A stretch of 62,438 nucleotides of DNA, counting the filler. It is 5 parts of 5 records of this genome, joined end to end, with 100 filler letters (N's around TTAATTAATTAA, not from the genome) between each part and the next. Parts side by side here need not be neighbours in the genome. Positions count along the whole stretch, not along the records: positions 1 to 30,026 come from SRR31156797_5530; 4 more parts are not named here. One strand, 5' to 3'. The notes beneath the pieces are model-generated. The model did no database searches, had not been told where the DNA came from, and saw only the letters and a program-made list of their open reading frames with translations. A program made the position numbers and the translations under genes. Shown piece after piece: positions 19,481 to 30,126 of the stretch. Within the stretch, counting starts at the first letter, position 1; every line of letters starts with the position of its first letter.

Positions 19481-21316
19481 TTATTCTTCCGGAATGACCA
19501 TAGGAGGTAATCCTTCTTTTTCTATATCAGAATTGTCGTTGGTGCTTCTTCTAGGCCATAGCTGATCCATATCATCCGGTATAAACTGAATTTGATCAAG
19601 CCATAAAGTCTGACCCGCATAAGCACTAATTCCAACAAACTTAATTTTATGGGTTCCTGTGGTTTCCACCTCAATAGTTCCGGCAAGCTGACCAACCATT
19701 GTTTCAGCATCCTTTTTATTGATATAACGATATTCTAAAGAGTCAGCACTTGGTCGGAATGTAAACCATTTTAAACCTCGAAGTTCATTTTCTTCTTCAC
19801 TTGACTCTCTGTTTAAAGTAATATTGGTATCAATAATCTGGTACATAACTTCATCGTTATAGTACACAAAGAAGATAGGATTACGTCTACCACTACTAGG
19901 GTATCTGTTACGACTACAAATCCAAACTTTGTATCTACCTTTAACTAAAATAGGTGTAGTAAATTCAACCCATGGTACCACTTCCGGACGTAAGTAAATA
20001 TCCAGATAATCGTTCTTAACCGGTTGGGCACCGTTTAACTGTCCTACCTTATACCAAATCGTACTACCCTCAGGCCATGTAATGCCTTCTAATTGTCCGG
20101 CTTCCAGTTCAACTGACTGACTGCCATATACACCCGGCATTTTTTTGATTTCAAGCTGGTCAGAAACTTCCCAGTAAACAGGGAATGGCAAACGAACCTT
20201 GATATTAAAATCTTCTTCAACAATGTGATAAACACCATTATTAGTTGAATTATCAGAAGCTTCTCTGTCTATTTTAAAACCTTCTTCAACTTCTCCATTA
20301 AAAATATCCTCATTTACTTTTACATCACCATCAACAGTTCTAATGGTAATTACCTCTAAAGGTGCCATGGTAATGTGAGATTGTGAAGATTGTAAATCTG
20401 CTACGTATTTTAACTGATTATCTAAACAGTGATAAGAAACATATAAATACAAACTATCTAAAGGATTGGTAGGATCACCTGTGTCACTGTATTTATCCTC
20501 TAACTCCTCGTAGTTATTTATTCCGGCTGCAGCATAAGCTGAATTCGGAATAACAAGTGTTGTAAACCATCTTGGATCTTCATCGCCTTTTTCTACTCTC
20601 AAATTTAAAGTATCGGCCAATCCTGTCGCCTGCATAGCTTCGTAAAAAATACTGAAATCTGGGTTCTCACTGATAATTTCAGTAGTTGTTTTCGTAACCG
20701 GATCCAATACACTTTTTACTGAATGAAGTAAACCATTAAGCAACCTTTTATCTTTTAATTCCATGGTTGCATATTTATTTACTTTATAAACAGCCTCTCC
20801 ATCTTCAAAACCAACTCTTGTAGTCAGGTATTGACCATACATGGTAGCAGATTGCAATTTACCATCAATAAATAATGGTGTTGCTACAGTATCCTGAACG
20901 GTGTGGTAACGAACTAGGTCAACCAGTTCTTCGGTAGTAAATTCATCTAATGATTTTCCCTTTTCTGTAAAATAAGCTTCAAAAGCTTCATTGGTTGGAG
21001 CAAAAACAGTATAAGCTCCATAAGCTTTCAAAAAAGAAATGGTTCCACTCTTTTGTAAAACTTCATAAAAAGTAGAAAACTGATCTCCGTTTTCCTGTAA
21101 GTATTCACCAATCAACATTTCGTAATTGGTTCGCTCAGTAAATTCTTCCTTTTTACATCCAAATAAAAATACAATACTAATAGTAGTTAAGCTAAACATG
21201 GCCAGCATGATTAACAATCTTACTTTATAGCTTTTAATTTTTGTGTTCACATTGTCCGGATAAGATGATTCTATTGGCATGTCATTTTTATTATATTTTT
21301 TAAACAACTCTTTCAT
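19481..21316 (-). CDS. Tandem fasciclin-domain lipoprotein (DUF5108-like C-terminus); start codon uncertain
   Basis: Lipobox FLFGC; YTVFAPTNEAF...YH...NGLLHSV; second FAS1 TTLVIPNSA...YH...NGVYHIV. Confidence 0.8.
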   Translation of the reverse strand: MKELFKKYNKNDMPIESSYPDNVNTKIKSYKVRLLIMLAMFSLTTISIVFLFGCKKEEFTERTNYEMLIGEYLQENGDQFSTFYEVLQKSGTISFLKAYGAYTVFAPTNEAFEAYFTEKGKSLDEFTTEELVDLVRYHTVQDTVATPLFIDGKLQSATMYGQYLTTRVGFEDGEAVYKVNKYATMELKDKRLLNGLLHSVKSVLDPVTKTTTEIISENPDFSIFYEAMQATGLADTLNLRVEKGDEDPRWFTTLVIPNSAYAAAGINNYEELEDKYSDTGDPTNPLDSLYLYVSYHCLDNQLKYVADLQSSQSHITMAPLEVITIRTVDGDVKVNEDIFNGEVEEGFKIDREASDNSTNNGVYHIVEEDFNIKVRLPFPVYWEVSDQLEIKKMPGVYGSQSVELEAGQLEGITWPEGSTIWYKVGQLNGAQPVKNDYLDIYLRPEVVPWVEFTTPILVKGRYKVWICSRNRYPSSGRRNPIFFVYYNDEVMYQIIDTNITLNRESSEEENELRGLKWFTFRPSADSLEYRYINKKDAETMVGQLAGTIEVETTGTHKIKFVGISAYAGQTLWLDQIQFIPDDMDQLWPRRSTNDNSDIEKEGLPPMVIPEE

Positions 21317-21369
21317 TGGATTGCATTTTAATCGTTAGTTATTTATGCTCATACATCATACGAAATCCG

Positions 21370-22887
21370 CTAGTTATCGTAAAACGGATTTTGTTCCAGC
21401 ACCGGATAACCAGCATTAATTTCAACCTGTGGAATAGGGAAATAATGACTTAAAGTATCCTGATATTTACTTAGTATCGCCTCCACCTTGTTATATGGAG
21501 CACTAGACATAACCATTCCTTCAATTAAATCCATACGCTCATAGTTATTTCGCTTGGCATTTCTAAACACGTCCAACCATCTTCTACCTTCAAACATAAA
21601 CTCACGTGCTCTTTCATTTACGATATAAGAGATTAATGATCGCGTAGTTAAGAACTCACCTGATCGTACATCCTGAGTATCATCAGAGGCATTTGCTCTG
21701 GCTCTAACCATGTTGATCAGTCTTAGAGATTCTTCTAAATCTCCTTCCTGAGCTCTAACAGCTAAAGCTTCTGCTTTAAGCAGCAATACATCTGCATATC
21801 GGTAAATAATAAAGTTGGAAGTTGCATTATCCTGTGATTTTGCTTCATCGCGGTTGTAACCGATATACTTCCAAAGATTGTAGTTTCTGCTTGAGCGGAA
21901 AGAACCTCTGTCTCCTCTGATATCGGCACTGTCTACCGGTAGATAAATATCTATAGGGAAGTATACCTCCATATTATCTGCATTAGCATAGTATCTTCTT
22001 GATAAGTTGAATAAACCGTATAGTGGATTTAAGTTTTGCAGAGAAAACTGTAATTCGAAAATACCCTCAATACTGTTGGTTTCATGAAATAAGGTGTTTA
22101 ACCATAAATCACCTCCTGGAACTAAACCATATTTTCCGGAGTTAATCACTTTGTTGGACGCCTCGATACTCTTATCATAGCTCTCCATCCACAAATACAA
22201 GTCTGCCTGAATGGTATTTACGGTATATCGGGTGATACGACCTTTATTACTTGCCACATCTTCGTATTCTTCAACCGCATACTTTTCTGCCTCGATTAAA
22301 TCAGCTTCTATTTGCTTAAATATAGTTACCTGATCACTTTTAGCTACAGTAAGTTCCTGATCATCACTCATTGTTGCGTTAGTTACTAATGGTACTTCTC
22401 CATAAAAACGAGTAAGGTAGAAATACAATAAAGCTCTAATTGTTAAAGCTTCTGCACGATATTCATTTAAATCTTGCGTTGTAAATGAATTATCTTCCTC
22501 CAATACAGAAGGTGCCTTTTCTAAGAAGTTATTACAGTAGTTAATCGTTCTGTACAGTGCACTATACCTTAATATTCCAAGAGTTGGTAGAATATCTCCC
22601 TGATTGATATAGGTAAAGTCTGAAACATTATCCGATTTCACCATATCAGCTCTTACTTCTCCCCATTGGAAGAAAATGTAAGGGTGATCAGAAACCATAG
22701 AAGAATAGATTCCCATTGCAGCTGCATGAACTTCTTTTTTGGATTTCCAATATTCCTGAACAATAGTCGTATCCTGAGGTTCAACATACAACCAATCTTT
22801 ACACGAAGGAAATAAGAGTACCGTCAGCATTAATGCTAAAACCCACTTTCCTATCTTATATTTTTTGTTTGTCCTATTTAATTGCAT
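21370..22887 (-). CDS. susD: RagB/SusD family lipoprotein
   Basis: Lipobox FPSC; YRTINYCN; EALTIRALLYFYLTRFYGEVP; YRYADVLLLKAEA; ERAREFMFEGRRW. Confidence 0.93.
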   Translation of the reverse strand: MQLNRTNKKYKIGKWVLALMLTVLLFPSCKDWLYVEPQDTTIVQEYWKSKKEVHAAAMGIYSSMVSDHPYIFFQWGEVRADMVKSDNVSDFTYINQGDILPTLGILRYSALYRTINYCNNFLEKAPSVLEEDNSFTTQDLNEYRAEALTIRALLYFYLTRFYGEVPLVTNATMSDDQELTVAKSDQVTIFKQIEADLIEAEKYAVEEYEDVASNKGRITRYTVNTIQADLYLWMESYDKSIEASNKVINSGKYGLVPGGDLWLNTLFHETNSIEGIFELQFSLQNLNPLYGLFNLSRRYYANADNMEVYFPIDIYLPVDSADIRGDRGSFRSSRNYNLWKYIGYNRDEAKSQDNATSNFIIYRYADVLLLKAEALAVRAQEGDLEESLRLINMVRARANASDDTQDVRSGEFLTTRSLISYIVNERAREFMFEGRRWLDVFRNAKRNNYERMDLIEGMVMSSAPYNKVEAILSKYQDTLSHYFPIPQVEINAGYPVLEQNPFYDN

Positions 22888-22898
22888 GGTTTTCTTTT

Positions 22899-25800
22899 TT
22901 AAAAAGTAACGCTAAGTGTACATGTAATATCCCTGGTTCGTGGAGTATTAGAATCATCATACCCTACAGTATAAATGGTACCATCATTGGATTTAATTCC
23001 AATCTCCGGATCCTGACCGCTATAATTTGTAAATGTGAACAGGTTATTTAATGTAGTAGAGATTCTGGCCTCTTTCATACCTAACTTTTGTATCATCTTG
23101 CGAGGGAATCTATAAGACATTGTAATGTATTTTAATCTCATAAATGAACCATCTTCTACAAATCTGTCGGAACCTAACCAGTTGTAACCATAATTCAATA
23201 AAGCTCTTGGAATATCAGTTTGATCTCCCGGTTTTCTCCAGCGTCTTAAAACTGCTTTTGTTTGATTATCAAAAGAAGACATATTCTCACCATACATCTT
23301 GGTGCGGTTAATAATATCATTACCTACACGGAAATAGAAGTAATAGTTAAAAGTGAAATTTTTATAGGTTATACGTTGTCCAAATCCACCAAAGAACTCA
23401 GGACTTGCATCCCCTAATAACACCACATCGGCTGCGTTGATGTTTCCATCGTGGTTAACATCTTCGTACATAGCGTCTCCCAACTCAAATTCATAATCAC
23501 TAACACCTCCGTAATCATACATCATATAAATTGGGTTACCATTAGGATCGGTAATTTTATTATTGTTTACGTCACGTGCTATCAACTGATCTTCTGTGGT
23601 ATATACTCCTTTATATCTATATCCATAGAATGATCCGGCCGGGTTATCAATCTGCGCATACCTTTTGTAAACGCCATTTCCTGGTGTTTCGGCAACCACA
23701 GTTGAAAAGTCATCAGCCAATTCTCTTAATATATTATAGTTACGAGCGATATTAAAATCGAAGCTTACTTTCCAGTCTTTGGTTTTAACCGGCATGGTTT
23801 TAACTTGTAAGTCCCAACCGTAGTTATCCATTGTACTTACGTTCATCGCAGGAATAGTACTGTAACCTGAAGAAGATGGGATTTTTACATTATAGGCTAA
23901 CATATCCTCTGTTCTGGTATTATAAAAATCCACATCAACGTTTATTCGACCGGCAAACATTTCCGTTGAAATACCAACGTTAGTTGATTTAATACCTTCC
24001 CATTTCAAGTTTTGTAACTGCATATTTCCAGGATAAACTCCTGTTGTTCCTAAATAGGCAAAGTCGTAATTTTGATATTTACTAAAGAACAATGCATCTG
24101 ATCGAGGAGGGTTACCGTTCTCTCCATAACTAAAACGGAAACGCATATCATCCAAAAATGTCCATCCATCTAAGAAAGGTTCTCCGGAAACACGCCATGC
24201 GGCTGAAACACTAGGGAAGTATCCCCATCTATATTTTTCATCAAATCGAGAGTTACCTTCCTTACGCACACCGGCTGATAAAATATATCTGTCCAAAAAG
24301 CTATAGTGGAACATAGCTAAAGCTCCTAAAGATCTTCTTAAACTAGAAGCAGAACTTGGTCCATAACCACTTACGTTTAATCTACCTGCACCCGATGCAT
24401 CTGGTATAGAAGATGAAATACCGTTTGTATTATATAAATAAGATCCCTCTACAATATTTTCGTTGGTTTGCAGGTTTAAAGTAGCTGTTACCTTATGCAA
24501 ATCATTGAATGTTTTTTGATACGATAACATATTGTTGGTGTAAATGTTAAACGCGTCATCATCACGATCTACCATACGGTTAGCATATCTGCTTGTTGCC
24601 GTTACTCCGGTTGCCTCAATAGGAAGCATTTGTTTACGCTTACTGGAGTTTACATCTAATGATAAATCCAAGGTGTATTTTAATCCTTCAATAATTTGGT
24701 AGGATAACGAAAACTTAGAAATAATCCTGTCGGTGATTGTTTTTTGCAATCCCTCATTTGCCATAGCCACAGGATTGTACATATTTGGAAATGTTCCCTG
24801 CGCATTACTTTCTGGTGAGAAATAGTTACCTGTTAACTCTCCAAAGGCATTATACTCGTATATAGACATATTTGGCATCATGCGATACGCTGTACTACGA
24901 ATGCTGGTCGTATTTCGAACAATTCCATTTTCTGTATAGTTTCCTTCTGTACTACCGTGAGCGTATGCAAAGTCAGCTCTTAAACGAAGTTTATCTGAAA
25001 TAAAATAATCCAGGTTTAAACGTGTAGTTAAACGCTTTAAGTCCGTTCCTATGGTAACTCCTTCCTGATCCTGATAGTTGACAGAGAAACGATAAGTTGC
25101 TTTATCTCCACCACCATCAATAGCCACATCATGGTTATGGGTAAAACCATTTTTAGAAATGGCATCCATCCAGTCTGTATTCTGACCGTAATTATAATAG
25201 TAATATGGATCAGTAGGAAGATATAAGAATTCCTTATAAGTAGTTGTATTAATTGGATAATTATAGGTATTCATGTAAGCTTCCTGCATCAGCGTTGAAT
25301 ACTCATTACCATTTAAAGTAGGAAGTGCATCCGGTTTTTCAGTAAAAGTTCCACGATAAGTATAACTAACTCTTGGAGCTCTACCTTTAACACCACGTTT
25401 GGTTGTAATCATTAATACCCCATTGGCTGCTTTTGTACCCCACATGGCTGTAGCAGCCGCATCTTTTAAAACCGTAATTTCTTTAATATCGTTAACCGAA
25501 ATATTAAGCATTTGTGCATACCCTTCTTCATTTGCAGTAGCAAAATCAAAATCGGCAGATACAGATGTTTCAAAAGGTACATTATCAACAACAATAAGTG
25601 GCGAACTGTTCGCTGATAGCGTACTTACACCGCGAATACGTATAGACATTCCTGCACCCGGATCACCTGAGTTGGCAGCAATATCCACACCCGCTAAACG
25701 TCCTTGCAAGGCTTCATCGATTGACGATGCCTGAACATCTTCAAATTCATCTGCTGAAATTTTACCTACGGCAATAGCTAAATCTCTATCGGCAATATTC

Positions 25801-26174
25801 ATAAAACCGGTAGATGTTTTCTTTTCTGCTAGAACTTCTACGCCTTCAATGGTAACCACATCTTCCATCAGGGTAACTTCATAAAAGCTTTTACCGGTAA
25901 GTGGTACCTCTTTATCTTTATAACCAATAAATGTAAATTTTAAAGCACTTACATTTGATTTTAACTGTAAAACAAATTCTCCATTTAAGTTGGTAATGGT
26001 TCCTGAAATAATCCTGTTACTCTTATCTAAAGCTATAACGTTTACTCCAGGCATTGTTTCCAGATTTAAATCGTCCACAACCTTTCCAGAAACGGTTTGT
26101 GCCTCCTGAGCACTAATCTGGTTAAAGCTTGTCAACGAAAAAATAATCGTGAGTAATATTAATAGTCTGTTCAT
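22899..26174 (-). CDS. susC: SusC/RagA TonB-dependent transporter
   Basis: ALQGRLAGV, IRIRG, ITVLKDAAATAMWGTKAANGVLMITTKRG, RWGYFPSVSAAWRVS, VEDGSFMRLK, terminal Phe. Confidence 0.95.
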   Translation of the reverse strand: MNRLLILLTIIFSLTSFNQISAQEAQTVSGKVVDDLNLETMPGVNVIALDKSNRIISGTITNLNGEFVLQLKSNVSALKFTFIGYKDKEVPLTGKSFYEVTLMEDVVTIEGVEVLAEKKTSTGFMNIADRDLAIAVGKISADEFEDVQASSIDEALQGRLAGVDIAANSGDPGAGMSIRIRGVSTLSANSSPLIVVDNVPFETSVSADFDFATANEEGYAQMLNISVNDIKEITVLKDAAATAMWGTKAANGVLMITTKRGVKGRAPRVSYTYRGTFTEKPDALPTLNGNEYSTLMQEAYMNTYNYPINTTTYKEFLYLPTDPYYYYNYGQNTDWMDAISKNGFTHNHDVAIDGGGDKATYRFSVNYQDQEGVTIGTDLKRLTTRLNLDYFISDKLRLRADFAYAHGSTEGNYTENGIVRNTTSIRSTAYRMMPNMSIYEYNAFGELTGNYFSPESNAQGTFPNMYNPVAMANEGLQKTITDRIISKFSLSYQIIEGLKYTLDLSLDVNSSKRKQMLPIEATGVTATSRYANRMVDRDDDAFNIYTNNMLSYQKTFNDLHKVTATLNLQTNENIVEGSYLYNTNGISSSIPDASGAGRLNVSGYGPSSASSLRRSLGALAMFHYSFLDRYILSAGVRKEGNSRFDEKYRWGYFPSVSAAWRVSGEPFLDGWTFLDDMRFRFSYGENGNPPRSDALFFSKYQNYDFAYLGTTGVYPGNMQLQNLKWEGIKSTNVGISTEMFAGRINVDVDFYNTRTEDMLAYNVKIPSSSGYSTIPAMNVSTMDNYGWDLQVKTMPVKTKDWKVSFDFNIARNYNILRELADDFSTVVAETPGNGVYKRYAQIDNPAGSFYGYRYKGVYTTEDQLIARDVNNNKITDPNGNPIYMMYDYGGVSDYEFELGDAMYEDVNHDGNINAADVVLLGDASPEFFGGFGQRITYKNFTFNYYFYFRVGNDIINRTKMYGENMSSFDNQTKAVLRRWRKPGDQTDIPRALLNYGYNWLGSDRFVEDGSFMRLKYITMSYRFPRKMIQKLGMKEARISTTLNNLFTFTNYSGQDPEIGIKSNDGTIYTVGYDDSNTPRTRDITCTLSVTF

Positions 26175-26179
26175 GAATA

Positions 26180-28453
26180 CTAGTTTTGTGGATAGCGTAA
26201 AAAGTTATCTATTTGATGAATAATAGCTCTGTTAGCCAAAACATTACTACGAGCCACTACTACATTAGCCGTGTTAGCCTGGGAATCGGTAATTGACATG
26301 GTATTTCCATCGCCTTCACTTGTAACGGTAACGTATGTTTCGCCATCTGCTGTTTGATACTGTGTAGATGCCACATTGCTGTAATACACACTAGGCGCTA
26401 GTATTAAGTTTTCTACAATATGGTATTTAATAAAGTTATACACCTGCAATTGCTCTTCCATTGTAAAATCGGCGATGGTAATTTCAGGCAAATAGCCTTC
26501 TGCTATCGCTTGCTGCATAGCTGCATCGTTAGGAACCAGAATAGTATGGTTTTTCGAAATCTTTACATCTGTAATGGCTTTTGTAACCGTATTGTATAAA
26601 TAGCCCTCCATTGAATCTCCCGTATTCGGATTAGCACTTTGAGCTGATTTCTTCAAATAATCTACAAACAATCCAAAGTTGGCTACATTCTTTTCTAACT
26701 GAACTCCCACATTTTCTGTTGTAAACAGGATTGGTTCAGCAACTGTATAGGATTGACCATTGCTGGCAGTTTCTTCAATAGGACCCATATATTGTGGACC
26801 TGAGTAGGCACTTTCGTTACCCGATGAAGTAATAAAATAACGGCGTCTGTAATAAGAAATCTTTACATACTCACCATTTTCGAACATACCTGAGCGATAA
26901 ATACCCGGAACTTCAAAATCAACATCCTTATTTAAAAAGATATGTAAGTTCAATAGTCTTTCTAAAGCAACCAATGCGTTGGTTCCCATTGGGTTATTTT
27001 CCGTAATTGTCCATTCACTTAAACCGTAGTCATATTCAATCCCTGCATCTTTAAACTGATCGTTTGTTAACAGAATCATTTGAACATTAATATCCGGACT
27101 ACTATTTTTTAATAAGGATTTAATAGTTGGAAATGTATTAATAGCATTAAGCATCACCGCATATTGAGGATCTAAGGCCACATCACCAAACACTGTATAA
27201 TAAAGGTCAGAACCCTGAACTACGTTAGTTCCATAAAAGTTACCGTTACTACAAATACTTTTTTCAATGATATTATCTTCCGGATCAAAGCGTGCTTCCT
27301 CACCATGTATATTTCTGTACTTATGAAACTGACTTGGCCACACTGTATTTTTCCACAAATGCGCATTTATAAAGTCTGCAATCTGATCAGTGGTCATTTC
27401 CTCAATACCCGCGTAATTCTTTAAAAACTTATCGGCGAAGAAAGTCTCAATAGCCGCATTGGTTGGCGCAAACATGGTAAAACCATCAATTTGATCATCA
27501 TATCGTTCTCCACCACCAGAACCCTTTAAGTAATTTTCGCAGTTTGGAGAAAAATAAGCTGCAGGATATCCTTTTTTGAATACATCTTCATAGATTCCTG
27601 TAACCTGTTCATTTCGCTGAAGAAAATAATCATCTGCCAACTCATATACTTTTAAATAATTATTCAGTATTTCTCTGAACATACTATAATCATCTTTGTC
27701 AGCTAGGTATTCCTCAATATTTGGCAAAGGCTTAATTACCTTATCCACCACATGAATTACACCATTTTCTGCATATAAATCCTTCTCTACAACCTGAGCA
27801 TCTACCACATTAATATCACCAAGAGTAACTTCAGGATAGAAGTAATTATAGTCGTATTCTGTTAATCCCAAGCTCTCCATAAAATTGGTGGTAAAGTAAG
27901 GGATATCTTTAAAGTTATTATCTTCATAATTGATGGTTGCACCCACATACTCCTTTGGACCTACACCATTAACATCAATGACCTTAATTACACCATAACC
28001 TTCAATCTCTTCATCGTATGTCCACTTATAATAAGCAGTTTTACGCTTAAAGGCAATATCAGGCGTTTCCATCTCATCCTCTACAGATTGATAATCATCT
28101 AATTCAGAAACAGAGTACCGATTCTGAACCATGGAATATGCAACAATCTGCTTAGCTAATTCCACAGGCATTTCATCTATAGATGCAATATTTTCACTTG
28201 TCAGAAATTCGGTAAAAGCTTCGTCAGTTGGAGCAAACACTGTATAGAATCCGGCTCCACTTAATACAGATGTATAACCTGCTTTATCTATACACTTTAA
28301 AAACGATGTGAAGTCACCCTTTTCTTTAAGCTGTTGATAAACGGGCATCTCCAACCATCCGGGTCGGTCGTAATAATCGTTCTTATCCTCACAGCCCCAA
28401 AGGGTAACTATAATAAGGAGAGAACTTAAATAAAACAATGTGCTTTTTTTCAT
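26180..28453 (-). CDS. Multi-fasciclin-domain lipoprotein, first gene of the PUL operon
   Basis: Lipobox LWGC; YTVFAPTDEAF, AENGVIHVVDKV, FTMFAPTNAA, TILVPNDAA, IIHQIDNFL. Confidence 0.85.
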   Translation of the reverse strand: MKKSTLFYLSSLLIIVTLWGCEDKNDYYDRPGWLEMPVYQQLKEKGDFTSFLKCIDKAGYTSVLSGAGFYTVFAPTDEAFTEFLTSENIASIDEMPVELAKQIVAYSMVQNRYSVSELDDYQSVEDEMETPDIAFKRKTAYYKWTYDEEIEGYGVIKVIDVNGVGPKEYVGATINYEDNNFKDIPYFTTNFMESLGLTEYDYNYFYPEVTLGDINVVDAQVVEKDLYAENGVIHVVDKVIKPLPNIEEYLADKDDYSMFREILNNYLKVYELADDYFLQRNEQVTGIYEDVFKKGYPAAYFSPNCENYLKGSGGGERYDDQIDGFTMFAPTNAAIETFFADKFLKNYAGIEEMTTDQIADFINAHLWKNTVWPSQFHKYRNIHGEEARFDPEDNIIEKSICSNGNFYGTNVVQGSDLYYTVFGDVALDPQYAVMLNAINTFPTIKSLLKNSSPDINVQMILLTNDQFKDAGIEYDYGLSEWTITENNPMGTNALVALERLLNLHIFLNKDVDFEVPGIYRSGMFENGEYVKISYYRRRYFITSSGNESAYSGPQYMGPIEETASNGQSYTVAEPILFTTENVGVQLEKNVANFGLFVDYLKKSAQSANPNTGDSMEGYLYNTVTKAITDVKISKNHTILVPNDAAMQQAIAEGYLPEITIADFTMEEQLQVYNFIKYHIVENLILAPSVYYSNVASTQYQTADGETYVTVTSEGDGNTMSITDSQANTANVVVARSNVLANRAIIHQIDNFLRYPQN

Positions 28454-28967
28454 ATTTAGAATAATTTCTACTAAAAATTACTTTATCATAGTAAGCTGTA
28501 TTTATCATCACCTATAAATTCTAGCTCAGAAAAAACTTCGATGAGCATAAATGTTAATGAGAGTTAACAACTTTGAATTATTCGTAAAAGTAAAACACAA
28601 TTATCCACCCCATATGGAGAGGAATACAAAAGCATGTAATTTAGTACCCACCCCCAAACACCCCATTTTTAAAAGGGTTTGCAAGCATGCAGTCTTCTAA
28701 TTTTTTTTTGTATTTTTTTTTCAAATGATAATAAAATGTATCAATCATTATTAGTTTTTAACACTTATAGATATCCATAAACAGACTATCCTCTATGCTT
28801 GTGAATCATTTTACAGGTGTTCGATAAGCACAAACATTATCTTGTATAGCTTGAAAATAATCCATTGTTAAATAGATATATGAACCATGTCGAAGCACGG
28901 AGCTCAGATCTCCAAAGAAAAAGACCTATTGACAAAGCTCATATAGCAAATAAAAATTAATAAGAGA

Positions 28968-29282
28968 ATGAAAAGATTAGCTTTTAAAATGTACTTAAAT
29001 GAAGGTCAGAAAGAAATCTACAAAAAAAGACATAATAAAATATGGCCAGAATTAAAGAAATTATTAAAGGATGCTGGTGTTAGTGAATACTCCATTTTCC
29101 TGGATGAAGAAACAAACATTCTGTTTGCTTTTCAGAAAGTAAGTGGCGATGGAGGTTCTCAGGATTTAGGTCAGACTGAAATAGTGCAAAAATGGTGGAA
29201 ATTTATGGCTGATGTAATGAAAACAAACCCAGATAACTCACCTGTTTCTATTGAGCTGGAAGAAGTATTTTATATGGAATAG
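28968..29282 (+). CDS. rhaM: L-rhamnose mutarotase
   Basis: MKRLAFKM...YKKRHNKIWPEL...YSIFLD...WWKFMADVM.TNPDNSP...LEEVFYM. Confidence 0.95.
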   Translation: MKRLAFKMYLNEGQKEIYKKRHNKIWPELKKLLKDAGVSEYSIFLDEETNILFAFQKVSGDGGSQDLGQTEIVQKWWKFMADVMKTNPDNSPVSIELEEVFYME

Positions 29283-29307
29283 TCCAAATAAAACAAATGA
29301 ATTGATT

Positions 29308-29339
29308 AACGGGATTGAATTTCAATTCCGTTTTTTTTT
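29308..29339 (+). terminator. Terminator of rhaM
   Basis: AACGGGATTGA-ATT-TCAATTCCGTT followed by a T-run. Confidence 0.75.
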
Positions 29340-29343
29340 GCAT

Positions 29344-29381
29344 AAAAAAGCCGGCCTGTGCAAACACAGACCAGCTTTCTA
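29344..29381 (-). terminator. Terminator of transketolase
   Basis: Minus strand AAAGCTGGTCTGTG-TTTG-CACAGGCCGGCTTTTTT. Confidence 0.75.
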
Positions 29382-29398
29382 CTTTAAAACTAAAAAAA

Positions 29399-30026
29399 TT
29401 ATTTTAGAATCGACTTCACTTCGTTGTACACGTTTTCAGCAGTGAAACCGAATTTTTCATCTAATACTGTGTAAGGTGCAGAGTATCCGAAGTGTTTTAA
29501 ACCGGCTACTTTACCATCTGCTCCTACAAGACCTGCTAAAGTAACAGGAAGACCAGCAGTTAAACCGAACTTAGCCACACCTGCAGGTAAAACAGCTTGC
29601 TGATACGCAGCATCCTGCGACCTGAATAAACCTTCAGAAGGTGCAGATACGATTCTTACTTTTAATCCTTCAGCAATTAATTTTTCAGAACCTGCCACTA
29701 AAGTAGCTACTTCCGATCCACTTGCTAAAAGAATCACATCAGGAGTACCTTCGCAGTCTTGTACGATATATGCTCCTTTTTCTGCTTGTAAAGCTTCAGT
29801 ATAACGATCACCAGAAGCAGCAGGTAATTTTTTAATATTCTGACGAGAGAAAATCATACCTGTAGGTGTTTCTGTATTCTCTAATGCCATTTTCCATGCT
29901 ACAGTTGCTTCATCAGCATCAGCAGGACGTAAAACTAACATTGAGTTTTTACCTTTATGATTTTCTAACTGTTCCATTAATCTGATTTGAGCTTCTTGCT
30001 CAATTGGCTGGTGAGTAGGACCATCT
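29399..30026 (-). CDS. tkt: Transketolase, C-terminal part (5' truncated at contig end)
   Basis: Frame stays open to the gap: DGPTHQPIEQ...LRPADADE...SRQN...ASGSEV...FGYSAP. Confidence 0.92.
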
Positions 30027-30126
30027 NNNNNNNNNNNNNNNNNNNNNNNNNNNNNNNNNNNNNNNNNNNNTTAATTAATTAANNNNNNNNNNNNNNNNNN
30101 NNNNNNNNNNNNNNNNNNNNNNNNNN
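30027..30126. other. Artificial contig-joining spacer
   Basis: 100-nt N run with central TTAATTAATTAA. Confidence 0.98.

Noticed and set aside
30071-30082. TTAATTAATTAA palindrome recurring four times
   Set aside because: Synthetic linker inside N runs, not biological
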